Below, piece by piece: positions 9,346 through 19,241 of a DNA stretch of 64,000 nt (position 1 is the stretch's first letter; each line of letters opens with the position of its first letter). Position numbers and translations under genes: made by a program. The notes under the pieces were generated by a model. The model saw nothing but the letters and a program-made list of their open reading frames with translations, ran no database searches and was not told the origin of the DNA. Where the stretch lies: sequence record SRR22947725_654; one strand, given 5' to 3'.

Positions 9346-10620
9346 ATGAGAATATGGCTAGTACAAAGGGCTGAATCCACTCCTCATGACGAAGATGGAA
9401 AAAGGAGATTAATGCGAATGGGTATGCTTGCTGATCTTATGCAGACCCAGGGGCATTCAGTGGTTTGGTGGACGTCATCATTTGATCATGTTTCACATAA
9501 ATTTAGATTTACCGACTCAACGAGAAAGAAAGTTAAACCCGGATATCTTATACATTATCTAAAAAGTCATGGCTACGATAAAAATAAATCTTTAGCAAGA
9601 TTTATTGATGAAAGAGTATTGGGTGATGCTTTTTGGAAGGACGCTTGTAGCGATTTAGAAAGACCGGACATTATTCTTGCATCTTTGCCGTCAGTTGAGT
9701 TAGCGTATCGAGCTGTATGCTATGGTCAACAATTCAACGTTCCGGTGGTTTTAGATATTCGGGATTTATGGCCTGACGTATTTCGAGATTTTGCTCCAAC
9801 ATATTTGCGATTTATAGTCGATATATTTACCATACCAATAAGAAATAAATTACGTAAAGCGTGCTCTGGCGCAACGGCAATTACAGCGATCACTCCTGCA
9901 TTTTTGGATTGGGCGATAAAGTATTCAGGGCGAATAGTGGGAGAGCTCGATCGATACTTTCCCATGGCGTACCCTAGTCGATCCTCATTACCTCCTAAGA
10001 GTTTGGCCTATGACTTTTGGAGGGAGATTGGAGTTTCTGATAGTAATTCAGTGTTAAACGTACTATTTCTTGGAACGTTTACCGGTAGCTTCGACTTTTC
10101 TCCTGTGTTTGGAGCGGCCGATGTGCTTGGGAGGAAAAACGTTCCAGTTAAGTTTATTTTTTGTGGAAACGGTGCAAAAGAAATAGAGATAAAGAAAAAG
10201 TGTTTGGCCCGAGAAAACTGTATATTTGCCGGCTGGGTTGACACTGAGAAAATTCAGGCCATTCTTGAACTTTCGGATGTCGGACTTGCGCCTTACATTA
10301 ATTCGCCAAACTTTATTAAGAACGTGCCAAATAAGCTGCCTGAATATATGTCCGGAGGTCTTGTTGTGGCTAGCAATCTTAGTCAAGGTGAAATACCTTT
10401 ACTTCTAAGCAAGGGCGGGTGTGGTTTTGTGTACAGTGGAGATCCCTCTATATTGGCTGAAAAACTTGCAAACCTTCATTGCAATAGGGCAAGGCTGAAC
10501 TCCATGAAAAAAGCATCATTGGAAGTATTTTTTGCACATTATCAATCTTCTAAAATATATGGTTCAATGGTTAATTATTTCAAAGATGTGGTTATCTCTA
10601 AACAAGAGGAGAAAATATAA
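9346..10620 (+). CDS. Glycosyltransferase family 4 (WbuB-like)
   Basis: VVLDIRDLWPD, PNKLPEYMSGG and GWV motifs. Confidence 0.9.
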   Translation: MRIWLVQRAESTPHDEDGKRRLMRMGMLADLMQTQGHSVVWWTSSFDHVSHKFRFTDSTRKKVKPGYLIHYLKSHGYDKNKSLARFIDERVLGDAFWKDACSDLERPDIILASLPSVELAYRAVCYGQQFNVPVVLDIRDLWPDVFRDFAPTYLRFIVDIFTIPIRNKLRKACSGATAITAITPAFLDWAIKYSGRIVGELDRYFPMAYPSRSSLPPKSLAYDFWREIGVSDSNSVLNVLFLGTFTGSFDFSPVFGAADVLGRKNVPVKFIFCGNGAKEIEIKKKCLARENCIFAGWVDTEKIQAILELSDVGLAPYINSPNFIKNVPNKLPEYMSGGLVVASNLSQGEIPLLLSKGGCGFVYSGDPSILAEKLANLHCNRARLNSMKKASLEVFFAHYQSSKIYGSMVNYFKDVVISKQEEKI

Positions 10621-10827
10621 CACTATGAATGATAGAGCTTTGTACCACTGTATAATGAATTTAATACAGTTGAAATAGATAGAGACTTTTCATGCCATAT
10701 AGAAAATTTAGTAGTGAATGAATAAAAATATTATTGCTGTGTATTAGAAAAACGTTTTTTAATTTTGATTGAGGTATAAAAATGTATATAAATATGATGA
10801 ATCGGTTATTTAGAGAGATTTATAATA

Positions 10828-11670
10828 ATGATTGAATATAAACCATCAATTTTGGGGAGAGTTGCACGTATAACTATTCCGTTATTGCAAAAGATATTGC
10901 CTTATGCAATGTATAAAGTTATCTATAATTTTCTTTATACATCCTATAAACTACTTTTAAGAAAGGGGTATATCTTACGTGTTTTAACTGCAAAATTATT
11001 TGGGAACAAAACTGAAATACTCCGTACTCAACTTACAAACCAGCTGCTTCCCTATACGATGGGGGGTAGGAAGGCTTTGGAAAATACCTTTGATATTGTG
11101 AAATTAATTGAAGATAATGCTGTTCCTGGGGCGTTGATTGAGTGTGGCGTTGCTGAAGGTGGTACTGCAGCAATGCTGGGCATGGCACATCGAGAGTTAG
11201 GTGATGGTAAGCGTGAAATGTGGTTTTTTGACTCATATGAGGGGTTGCCTGAACCAACGAAAGAAGATTATGAAGATGGAAAAACTGGTAACTTTATACG
11301 ACCTTTATCGAAAGGAGATTGTCTTGGCACCATTGAACAAGTCAGCGAGCTATTATTTTCCACTCTCAAATTTCAAAAAGATGATGTACATCTTGTAAAG
11401 GGCTGGTTTCAAGATACTGTACCTAAACTTCGAGATACGGTAGGTGCTATAGCAATTTTGCGCTTAGATGGTGACTGGTATGAATCAGTAAAAATACCAT
11501 TAGATAATTTTTATCATGATCTATCTCCTGGTGGAGTAGTTATATTAGATGATTACGCGACATGCTTTGGTTCAAAAAAAGCAACTGATGAATTTCGTAC
11601 TGAGCATAATATCACGACGCCGTTAATGTCAGATGGACGCGGTGGTGCGTGGTTTGAAAAATCAGATTAA
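10828..11670 (+). CDS. TylF/MycF/NovP-family O-methyltransferase
   Basis: IECGVAEGG, FDSYEGLP, KGWFQDT, LRLDGDWYES, LDDY. Confidence 0.9.
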   Translation: MIEYKPSILGRVARITIPLLQKILPYAMYKVIYNFLYTSYKLLLRKGYILRVLTAKLFGNKTEILRTQLTNQLLPYTMGGRKALENTFDIVKLIEDNAVPGALIECGVAEGGTAAMLGMAHRELGDGKREMWFFDSYEGLPEPTKEDYEDGKTGNFIRPLSKGDCLGTIEQVSELLFSTLKFQKDDVHLVKGWFQDTVPKLRDTVGAIAILRLDGDWYESVKIPLDNFYHDLSPGGVVILDDYATCFGSKKATDEFRTEHNITTPLMSDGRGGAWFEKSD

Positions 11671-11824
11671 ATCCAAGTGTTATTTTTTCCACTTAAAATC
11701 CCCTATATCCAAAAGTTGACTTGAGTGACTATAATAGAGTTTAAGAGTCGAAAACTAAAGCAACCTAGTCTTTTAGATACTATTTTGGTTTTAATTTATG
11801 CACGACTATAAAAATAGTTTCTAA

Positions 11825-12457
11825 ATGACTGATATTAAATACTTAAAAATATATGAACTTCAAAAAAGGCTGACTGATATTTTATTATCAATAGTTGGCT
11901 TACTTGCTCTATCTCCTCTATTTTTAATTATAGCATTAATAATTAAGTCTAAGACAGATGGGCCAATTATTTATTCAGGTGCTAGAACTGGTCTAAACTT
12001 TGTTTCTTTTAATATGTATAAGTTTAGAACTATGACCCATGATCTAGAAAATAAGAGCTTTGTTACTGCTAAAAATGACTCAAGAGTAACAAGATTTGGA
12101 TCCATATTAAGAAAATATAAGTTAGATGAACTTCCTCAATTAGTGAATGTTTTAAAAGGCGAAATGAGTATTGTTGGTCCAAGGCCAGAGGTATCAATGT
12201 ATACATCAATGTACTCTAAAGAGGAAGAAATTATTTTATCAGTACGACCAGGAATCACGGATTTTTCATCAATATATTTTGTTGATTTGGCTGAGACTTT
12301 AGGAACAAACACTGATAAAAATAAATTTGAAAGTAATATTGAATATGTTCTAGAGTTTAAAAAAAAACTACGTATTAAATATGTAAAGGAAAGGTCTTTT
12401 ACAAATGATATGAAAATTTTACTTAAGACATTAATTAAATTAATTAAAGCCTCTTAA
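11825..12457 (+). CDS. Sugar transferase (monotopic phosphoglycosyl transferase, PglC/WcaJ-C-like)
   Basis: KR..D N-terminal helix, YKFRTM, LDELPQL.NVLKGEMSIVGPRP, RPGIT. Confidence 0.92.
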   Translation: MTDIKYLKIYELQKRLTDILLSIVGLLALSPLFLIIALIIKSKTDGPIIYSGARTGLNFVSFNMYKFRTMTHDLENKSFVTAKNDSRVTRFGSILRKYKLDELPQLVNVLKGEMSIVGPRPEVSMYTSMYSKEEEIILSVRPGITDFSSIYFVDLAETLGTNTDKNKFESNIEYVLEFKKKLRIKYVKERSFTNDMKILLKTLIKLIKAS

Positions 12458-13395
12458 TGCAGTATTCTCGATTAATTGATAAGGAAGTGTTAGTTTCAAA
12501 GATAGGTTTTGGGGGTGGACCTCTAAGTGGTGAAGATTGGGGTCTTTTTAATAAAAAACAAAATATGATGGCAGTTTCTAGAGCTTATGAATTAGGCGTT
12601 AATGTTTTTGACACTGCTGATGTTTATGGGCTAGGAACTTCAGAGAAATTATTGTCAAAGGCACTTGGCCATAATAGGCATAATGTTATTATATCTACAA
12701 AATTTGGAGTAAATTGGGATGAAAGGCCAGCCAACGGATTGGCCAAGACATTTTATGATAGTAGTTCAAAAAGGGTGGTTGAAGCATTAGAAGCAAGTCT
12801 TAAAAGACTTAGACTTGACTGTATTCCCTTGTACTATATTCATTGGCCTGATCCAAATACATCATTTTTAGAAACAGCGGAAGCTTTGAAGCGTTGCCAA
12901 GAGTCGGGCAAGATTAAATATATTGGTTTGTCTAATTTTTCATTATCACAAATAAAAGAAATCCAGCAAGATTTGAATGTGATCGCTGTTCAAGCTCAAT
13001 ATAGTTTAATAGGGAAAGAAATTGAAGGAGGTTTTATTGACTCTTGTAAAGATTTGGGTATGAATGTTTTTACATATGGGCCACTTGCTCAAGGTCTTTT
13101 AACTGGCAAATATAATGATAAAAGTACTTTTAGCGATGATGACTGCCGGAAAAGATTGCCTCATTTTCATGGAGAAAAATTAAAGAAACACTTAGGTGTA
13201 ATTCAAAAAGTATCTGAAATTGCAGATAAATATCACATATCTATGTCACAAGTTGCATTACGATGGGTTTTGGAGAATCCAAATGTGTCGTGTGCTATTT
13301 CTGGAATTAAATCAATAGACCAAATTGAAGATAATATCAAAGCGTTGGAGTTTGACATCCATTCTGACGATAATGATTTTTTTTGGTATTCCTAA
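12457..13395 (+). CDS. Aldo/keto reductase
   Basis: FDTADVYG, STKFG, SLKRL, YYIHWPD, IGLSNF, GPLAQGLLTGKY; TAATG overlap with the upstream gene. Confidence 0.92.
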   Translation: MQYSRLIDKEVLVSKIGFGGGPLSGEDWGLFNKKQNMMAVSRAYELGVNVFDTADVYGLGTSEKLLSKALGHNRHNVIISTKFGVNWDERPANGLAKTFYDSSSKRVVEALEASLKRLRLDCIPLYYIHWPDPNTSFLETAEALKRCQESGKIKYIGLSNFSLSQIKEIQQDLNVIAVQAQYSLIGKEIEGGFIDSCKDLGMNVFTYGPLAQGLLTGKYNDKSTFSDDDCRKRLPHFHGEKLKKHLGVIQKVSEIADKYHISMSQVALRWVLENPNVSCAISGIKSIDQIEDNIKALEFDIHSDDNDFFWYS

Positions 13396-13506
13396 TGAGA
13401 TTTTTTATAAAATATAAGTCTTTATAATGACTATATTAGATAATCCTATTAGACAAAATTGTCTTAATAGTAAAAAATATTTGATAAGATAAATTTAGAG
13501 GTTGTA

Positions 13507-14268
13507 ATGAAAAATAAAAAAATTGCTGTATCTGGAGGTTTAAGAACTAATTCTGAGGCTCAAGAGGGTGGCTTAAATAAAAGTTGGTTTGATAGCAACC
13601 CTGGATGCTGGGAAAGCAAAATGGAGAATTTTCCTAAGTATGTTAAACGACAGAATTTAACAAGATTTTTGGTTCTTTATGAAATATTCAATAAGATATT
13701 AAATGTTAAAGGTTCGATTGTTGAGTGTGGCGTTAATCAAGGTTATGGTGTTTTGTCTTGGGCAAAGCTTTCTGCTATTTTAGAGCCTGTCAATTTAACG
13801 CGTAGAGTATATGGTTTTGATACATTTGAGGGCTTTCCTGAGCTATCTGATAAAGACCAGTCAAGTGCTAGTAATCATGTCAAGAAGGGTGACTTAGCTG
13901 CTAATACATTTAGTGAAATAAATGGACTAGCTGACATTAACGACAGTACAAGATTTTTAGGACACATACCTAAGATTGAATTAATTAAAGGTGATGCCAC
14001 TAAAACTATTCCAAAGTTTATTGAGGATAAGCCACATTTAGTAGTTAGCTTACTTTATTTAGACTTTGATCTTTATGAGCCTACTAAGACTGCATTAGAG
14101 TATTTTTATCCTAGAATGCCAAAAGGCTCAATCATCGCTTTTGATGAGTTAGACAACCCATTATGGCCGGGTGAAACGCAAGCAATGGTTGAATTTTGCA
14201 AGGAGAATAAACTACGTATTCAACGCCTACCTTTTGATCCGTATGTCGGTTACGCAGTTGTAGATTAG
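13507..14268 (+). CDS. TylF-like SAM-dependent O-methyltransferase (second, divergent subfamily)
   Basis: GSIVECGV, YGFDTFEGFP, LYLDFDLYEPT, FDEL...WPGET. Confidence 0.85.
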   Translation: MKNKKIAVSGGLRTNSEAQEGGLNKSWFDSNPGCWESKMENFPKYVKRQNLTRFLVLYEIFNKILNVKGSIVECGVNQGYGVLSWAKLSAILEPVNLTRRVYGFDTFEGFPELSDKDQSSASNHVKKGDLAANTFSEINGLADINDSTRFLGHIPKIELIKGDATKTIPKFIEDKPHLVVSLLYLDFDLYEPTKTALEYFYPRMPKGSIIAFDELDNPLWPGETQAMVEFCKENKLRIQRLPFDPYVGYAVVD

Positions 14269-14284
14269 ATACAAATTATTTATT

Positions 14285-15097
14285 ATGACTAGCTTTGAAG
14301 ATATCAAACAATTGGCCTTAAAAATTAGAAAGCATGCCGTTAATATGACGAGTACTGGAGGGAGTTCACATATTGGGTCAATATTGTCGATTGCAGATGT
14401 TTTGGCAGTACTTTATGGATCGGTGATGAACTATAAGGCTGATGAACCGAAGTGGCGGGGTAGAGATAGATTTATTTTGAGTAAGGGCCATGCTGGCGCT
14501 GGTGTGTATGCGGCGTTGGCTGAGTCCGGGTTTCTAAGTGTAGATATACTTAAGACACACTATAAAGATGGATCAAATTTGTCGGGTCATGTATCGCATA
14601 AGGGAATACCTGGAGTAGAGTTTTCTACAGGGTCTTTGGGGCATGGCTTACCTGTTGCAACCGGCATGGCACTTTCTGCTAAGATCAATGAAGATGAGCA
14701 TATGGTTTATGTGTTGATGAGCGATGGTGAGTGCGATGAAGGTTCAAATTGGGAGGCAGCTTTATTTGCATCACATCATAAGTTAGATAATTTAGTAATA
14801 ATCATTGATCGAAATCAATTACAAAGTATTCATTCAACAGAAGATACTTTAGGGTTAGAGCCTTTTGTGGATAAATGGCAGGCTTTTGGCTGGAATGTGA
14901 TAGATGTTGATGGGCATGATCTTGCACAGTTGATTAAGGCGTGTGATTCAAAGGTGGAAGGGAAGCCTTTGTGCATTATAGCTAATACAATTAAAGGTAA
15001 GGGTGTCTCTTTTATGGAAAATCAGGTCTTATGGCATTATCGTAGTCCACAAGGTGAAGAATTTGAAGCTGCAATGAAGGAGCTTGACAATGCGTGA
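14285..15097 (+). CDS. Transketolase, N-terminal (ThDP-binding) subunit
   Basis: SHIGS, RDRFILSKGHA, STGSLGHGL, DGECDEG, TIKGKGV. Confidence 0.92.
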   Translation: MTSFEDIKQLALKIRKHAVNMTSTGGSSHIGSILSIADVLAVLYGSVMNYKADEPKWRGRDRFILSKGHAGAGVYAALAESGFLSVDILKTHYKDGSNLSGHVSHKGIPGVEFSTGSLGHGLPVATGMALSAKINEDEHMVYVLMSDGECDEGSNWEAALFASHHKLDNLVIIIDRNQLQSIHSTEDTLGLEPFVDKWQAFGWNVIDVDGHDLAQLIKACDSKVEGKPLCIIANTIKGKGVSFMENQVLWHYRSPQGEEFEAAMKELDNA

Positions 15098-16001
15098 TGC
15101 CTTCTTGAAAAAAATAACGGAACTGGCTGCAATAGATAAGGACGTGGTTTTATTGACTGCAGATTTGGGCTTCGGTGTATTTGAGAATTTTGAGTCTAAA
15201 TTTCCTGGACAGTATTTTAATGTAGGTGTTGCTGAACAGAACATGACAGGCTTAGCGGCTGGTCTTGCGCTTGAGGGTAAGAAGGTGATTACTTATTCAA
15301 TTGGTAACTTTGCGACATTGAGGTGTTTAGAACAGATACGCAATGATGGGTGTTATCACGATTTGAATATTACTATTGTTGCGTCAGGCGGCGGGTTTAG
15401 TTATGGCTCTTTGGGCATGTCACATCATGCAACTGAAGATATTGCCATCCTGAGAGCGTTGCCTGCGATGAGTGTGGTTGCACCTGGCACAGCATGGGAA
15501 GCAGGTGAGGCAACAGAAGCTTTAATTAAAAGCAATAGTGTTGGTTATTTGAGATTGGATAAAACAGTTGCTGATGAAAACAGTACACACTTGTTTTCTT
15601 TGGGTGGTTCAATTAAGTATAGGGCGGGAAAAGATGTGACGCTGTTGACTACAGGCGGTATATTGAGAGATGCTGTTCAGGCAGCTGAGTTGTTGCAAGA
15701 ACAAGGTATTGATGCGGGTGTGGTGAGTATGTATAGTGTTAAGCCTATTGATAAGAGTGCGATTGTCACTGCTGCAAATGAAACTGGCGGCATTGTGACT
15801 ATTGAAGAGCATAATCTTGATGGCGGATTGGGTAGTGCGGTAGCTGAGGTGTGTATGGATAATGGTATTGTGCCAAAGGTATTTTTGCGCATTGGGTTGA
15901 ACAATAGATATTCTTCTGTTGTCGGTTCTCAAGATTATCTTAAAGCACATTATAAAATGGATGCTAGTGCAATTGTTAAGCGAGTGCTAGAGTTACTTTA
16001 A
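15090..16001 (+). CDS. Transketolase, C-terminal (pyrimidine-binding/C-terminal) subunit
   Basis: MRDAF start at ATG 15090 overlapping the upstream gene; NVGVAEQ, EQIRND, SHHATED, TIEEH...GGLGS. Confidence 0.92.
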   Translation: MRDAFLKKITELAAIDKDVVLLTADLGFGVFENFESKFPGQYFNVGVAEQNMTGLAAGLALEGKKVITYSIGNFATLRCLEQIRNDGCYHDLNITIVASGGGFSYGSLGMSHHATEDIAILRALPAMSVVAPGTAWEAGEATEALIKSNSVGYLRLDKTVADENSTHLFSLGGSIKYRAGKDVTLLTTGGILRDAVQAAELLQEQGIDAGVVSMYSVKPIDKSAIVTAANETGGIVTIEEHNLDGGLGSAVAEVCMDNGIVPKVFLRIGLNNRYSSVVGSQDYLKAHYKMDASAIVKRVLELL

Positions 16002-16110
16002 ACTCAACTATTTGTAAGGCGCAAGCTTAATGTATATCTTTAAAACAGACTTTGCATATGATAAAAAATTCATTTTAAGATTTTAACTATGAAAGTGCAT
16101 AATTAAAATT

Positions 16111-16857
16111 ATGAATAAAAGGTTTAAAGAAATGATAAAGAGACTATTCGATATTTTGACATCTCTCTTTGGATTGTTGTTATTGTCACCTATTTTGATT
16201 GTGTTTGTGTATTTGATATATCGACAGGATAAAGCTTTACCTTTTTATATGGCACCGAGGGTAGGTAAAAACAATACAACCTTTAAGATGGTTAAGCTTC
16301 GCTCTATGGTGAGTGATGCGGATAAGTCAGGTGTAAGCTCTACTAGTAATAATGATATAAGAATTACACCTATTGGTCAAAAAATTAGACGATACAAGTT
16401 AGATGAATTGACCCAGTTATGGAACGTATTGATGGGTGATATGAGTTTGGTTGGTCCAAGGCCACAGGTTAAGGTAGATACAGATTTGTATACGAATATT
16501 GAAAGAAAATTATTAAGCGTTCAACCGGGTATTACAGATTTCTCATCGATTGTGTTTTCAGATGAAGGCGATATTCTTGAAGGAAAAGATAATCCAGATT
16601 TGACCTATAACCAACTAATTAGACCCTGGAAAAGCAGACTTGGTTTAATTTATATTGAAAATCAATCATTTTTATTAGATATAAAACTAATTATTTATAC
16701 TATAGTTGCAATTATTTCAAAGCAAATAGCTTTAAATTGGGTTGTGAATCAGTTAAAAATAATGAATGTTGATTCAGATGTTGTTAATATATCTAAAAGA
16801 AAGGTGGAGTTATATCCTTTTCTGCCACCTGGAATGAATAAGGTGATGGATCGCTAG
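16111..16857 (+). CDS. Sugar transferase (phosphoglycosyl transferase), second copy
   Basis: IKRLFD, KLRSM, KLDELTQLWNVLMGDMSLVGPRP, PGITDFSSI. Confidence 0.92.
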   Translation: MNKRFKEMIKRLFDILTSLFGLLLLSPILIVFVYLIYRQDKALPFYMAPRVGKNNTTFKMVKLRSMVSDADKSGVSSTSNNDIRITPIGQKIRRYKLDELTQLWNVLMGDMSLVGPRPQVKVDTDLYTNIERKLLSVQPGITDFSSIVFSDEGDILEGKDNPDLTYNQLIRPWKSRLGLIYIENQSFLLDIKLIIYTIVAIISKQIALNWVVNQLKIMNVDSDVVNISKRKVELYPFLPPGMNKVMDR

Positions 16858-17241
16858 ATGATAAGTGAAATTAACTCAGAGAAATCATTCGGCATCGTAT
16901 TTTCAATCGTATTTTTAATAGTTGCTCTATATCCTTTAATAAATTCTGAAAGTCTTCGTATTTGGGCGTTAGTCGTATCTATCATCTTTTTCTTGTTAGC
17001 TTTTCTAGCTCCTAAGATATTAGCACTTCCAAATAAACTCTGGTTTAAGTTTGGATTACTAATAGGTTCTATCGTTGCCCCAATTGTTATGGCGTTTGTT
17101 TATTTTGTCACAGTACTACCTACTGGTCTTATTATGCGTCTCTTAGGTAAAGACTTACTTAAGCAAAAGCTAGATAAAAATTCTAAGTCATATTGGGTCA
17201 AGCGTAGCGAACCAATGGGATCAATGAAAAATCAATTTTAG
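16858..17241 (+). CDS. SxtJ-family membrane protein
   Basis: KSFG N-terminus, PNKLWFKFG, GKDLL...SYW...MKNQF C-terminus; precedes a carbamoyltransferase. Confidence 0.8.
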   Translation: MISEINSEKSFGIVFSIVFLIVALYPLINSESLRIWALVVSIIFFLLAFLAPKILALPNKLWFKFGLLIGSIVAPIVMAFVYFVTVLPTGLIMRLLGKDLLKQKLDKNSKSYWVKRSEPMGSMKNQF

Positions 17242-17252
17242 GAGGTTGAGTC

Positions 17253-17402
17253 ATGTCATTTATTAAGGAGCTTTGGAATTTTATGCGTGTTAGAAAGAAG
17301 TTTTGGCTATTGCCTATTCTTCTGATGATGGCGTTATTCGGTGCATTGATTGTAATGAGCCAAGGCTCTGCTGTTGCGCCGTTCATCTATACCTTATTCT
17401 AG
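17253..17402 (+). CDS. SxtK/DUF5989-family small membrane protein (49 aa, missing from the ORF track)
   Basis: SD GGAGG then MSFIKELWNFMRVRKKFWLLPILLMMALFGALIVMSQGSAVAPFIYTLF; RKK.WL.P and APFIYTLF are the family hallmarks. Confidence 0.9.
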   Translation: MSFIKELWNFMRVRKKFWLLPILLMMALFGALIVMSQGSAVAPFIYTLF

Positions 17403-17405
17403 AAA

Positions 17406-19241
17406 ATGACAGCTATATTAGGTATCTCCGCCTTCTATCACGATAGTGCTGCAGCGTTAATTATTGATGGTGAAATTATTGCTGCAGCTCAAGAAGAGCG
17501 CTTTACTCGTAAAAAACACGATCCATCTTATCCAGTTAATGCCATTAACTACTGCTTATCAGAAGCAGGTTTATCATTAACACAAGTAGACCATATTGCT
17601 TTTTATGATAAGCCGTTCTTAAAGTTTGAACGCTTGTTGGAGACTTATGTTGCCTTTGCACCTAAAGGTTTTCAATCATTTAGAATGGCAATGCCAGTTT
17701 GGCTGCGAGAAAAGCTGTTTTTAAAACATATGATCATCAAAGAAATCAAAAAAATTGATAAGAGTTTTGATGATAGCAAAATAATGTTTGGTGAACACCA
17801 TTTTAGTCATGCTGCTAGTGCATTCTACCCTTCACCTTTTGAAGAAGCGGTAGTATTAACTCTTGATGGTGTTGGCGAATGGGCAACAACAACTGTTGCT
17901 ATTGGAAAAGGTCATGAATTAAATATAGTTAAAGAGATTCATTTTCCACACTCACTTGGACTACTTTACTCAGCATTCACTTACTACACAGGATTTAAAG
18001 TAAATAGTGGCGAGTACAAGCTAATGGGTTTAGCGCCTTATGGTGAACCTAAATATAAAGACTTAATCCTTGAAAAGTTAATTGATTTAAAAGAAGATGG
18101 TTCGTTTAGATTAAACCAATCCTACTTTAATTATGCAACTGGTCTAACCATGGTCAACCAGAAATTTGTTGATTTATTTGGTGAACCTATTAGAAAGCCA
18201 GACACTGATAGACTAACCCAGTTCCATATGGATATTGCCGCATCAGTACAAGCTGTTACAGAAGAGGTGGTGTTGACGATAACTAGGTCACTAGCAAAAG
18301 AATACAACATTCCAAATTTATGTATGGCAGGTGGTGTAGCTCTTAACTGTGTTGCAAATGGTAAGATATTAAGGGATAAGTCTTTCAAAGATATCTGGAT
18401 TCAACCTGCATCAGGTGATGCTGGCGGTGCACTTGGAGGTGCTTTGGCAGTATGGCATAAAGAGCTCAACAAGCCAAGAAAAATTAACCCTAATGATGCT
18501 ATGCAAGGCTCTTACCTTGGGCCAATGTATGAACAAGGCTCTATTGAAAAGGAATTATTAGATTGCGGAGCAAAATTTGATTCAGTTACTAAAGAAGAAA
18601 TAATTGAACAAATCTCACAAGCTCTAGCAGATGGTAAGGCAATTGGCTGGTTTCAAGGTAGAATGGAATTTGGACCTCGCGCACTTGGTAACAGGTCTAT
18701 TCTTGGTGACCCTCGTTCAGAAAAGATGCAGAAGACACTCAATCTTAAAGTTAAATATCGTGAAAGCTTTAGACCCTTTGCTCCCTCAGTGTTAAGAGAA
18801 GATTTATCAGATTGGTTTGAAGCAGATTATGATAGTCCTTATATGCTATTGGTCGATTTTGTTAAGAAAGATAAGCGTATAGAAATGACTAAGGATGAAG
18901 AGGCTTTATTTGGGATAGATAAGCTAAACAGTAAACGCTCCAACATTCCAGCAGTTACACATGTTGATTACTCAGCAAGAATACAAACAGTTCATAGAAG
19001 AACTAATCCAAAGTATCATGCTTTAATAACAAAGTTTAAAGAAAAAACAGGTTGCTCAGTAGTTGTTAATACTTCTTTTAATGTAAGAGGTGAGCCTATT
19101 GTATGTTCACCAGAGGATGCATTTAGATGTTTTATGGGTACCGAGTTAGATTTATTAGTGATTGGAAATTGTATTCTTAAAAAGGAAGTTCAAGATGGCT
19201 TATTAGCTAAAGATTATACAGGGAAATATGAATTGGATTAA
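17406..19241 (+). CDS. O-carbamoyltransferase (NodU/CmcH/SxtI family)
   Basis: LGISAFYHDSAAA, EERFTRKKH, HHFSHAASAF, GEYKLMGLAPYG, GGVALNC, EFGPRALGNRS, NTSFNVRGEP. Confidence 0.95.
   Translation: MTAILGISAFYHDSAAALIIDGEIIAAAQEERFTRKKHDPSYPVNAINYCLSEAGLSLTQVDHIAFYDKPFLKFERLLETYVAFAPKGFQSFRMAMPVWLREKLFLKHMIIKEIKKIDKSFDDSKIMFGEHHFSHAASAFYPSPFEEAVVLTLDGVGEWATTTVAIGKGHELNIVKEIHFPHSLGLLYSAFTYYTGFKVNSGEYKLMGLAPYGEPKYKDLILEKLIDLKEDGSFRLNQSYFNYATGLTMVNQKFVDLFGEPIRKPDTDRLTQFHMDIAASVQAVTEEVVLTITRSLAKEYNIPNLCMAGGVALNCVANGKILRDKSFKDIWIQPASGDAGGALGGALAVWHKELNKPRKINPNDAMQGSYLGPMYEQGSIEKELLDCGAKFDSVTKEEIIEQISQALADGKAIGWFQGRMEFGPRALGNRSILGDPRSEKMQKTLNLKVKYRESFRPFAPSVLREDLSDWFEADYDSPYMLLVDFVKKDKRIEMTKDEEALFGIDKLNSKRSNIPAVTHVDYSARIQTVHRRTNPKYHALITKFKEKTGCSVVVNTSFNVRGEPIVCSPEDAFRCFMGTELDLLVIGNCILKKEVQDGLLAKDYTGKYELD

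Noticed and set aside
8270-12367. T9 (8270-8278) and A9 (12359-12367) tracts as phase-variation sites
   Set aside because: A/T runs of this length also occur in housekeeping genes here (e.g. hemD) and are expected at this AT content; both ORFs are in frame.
13446-13470. Imperfect hairpin CTATTAGACAA-AA-TTGTCTTAATAG
   Set aside because: AT-rich, bulged and single-copy, with no U tract; too weak to call.
17198-17386. Minus-strand 62-aa ORF in the ORF track
   Set aside because: Shadow of the real plus-strand SxtK-like gene at 17253-17402.
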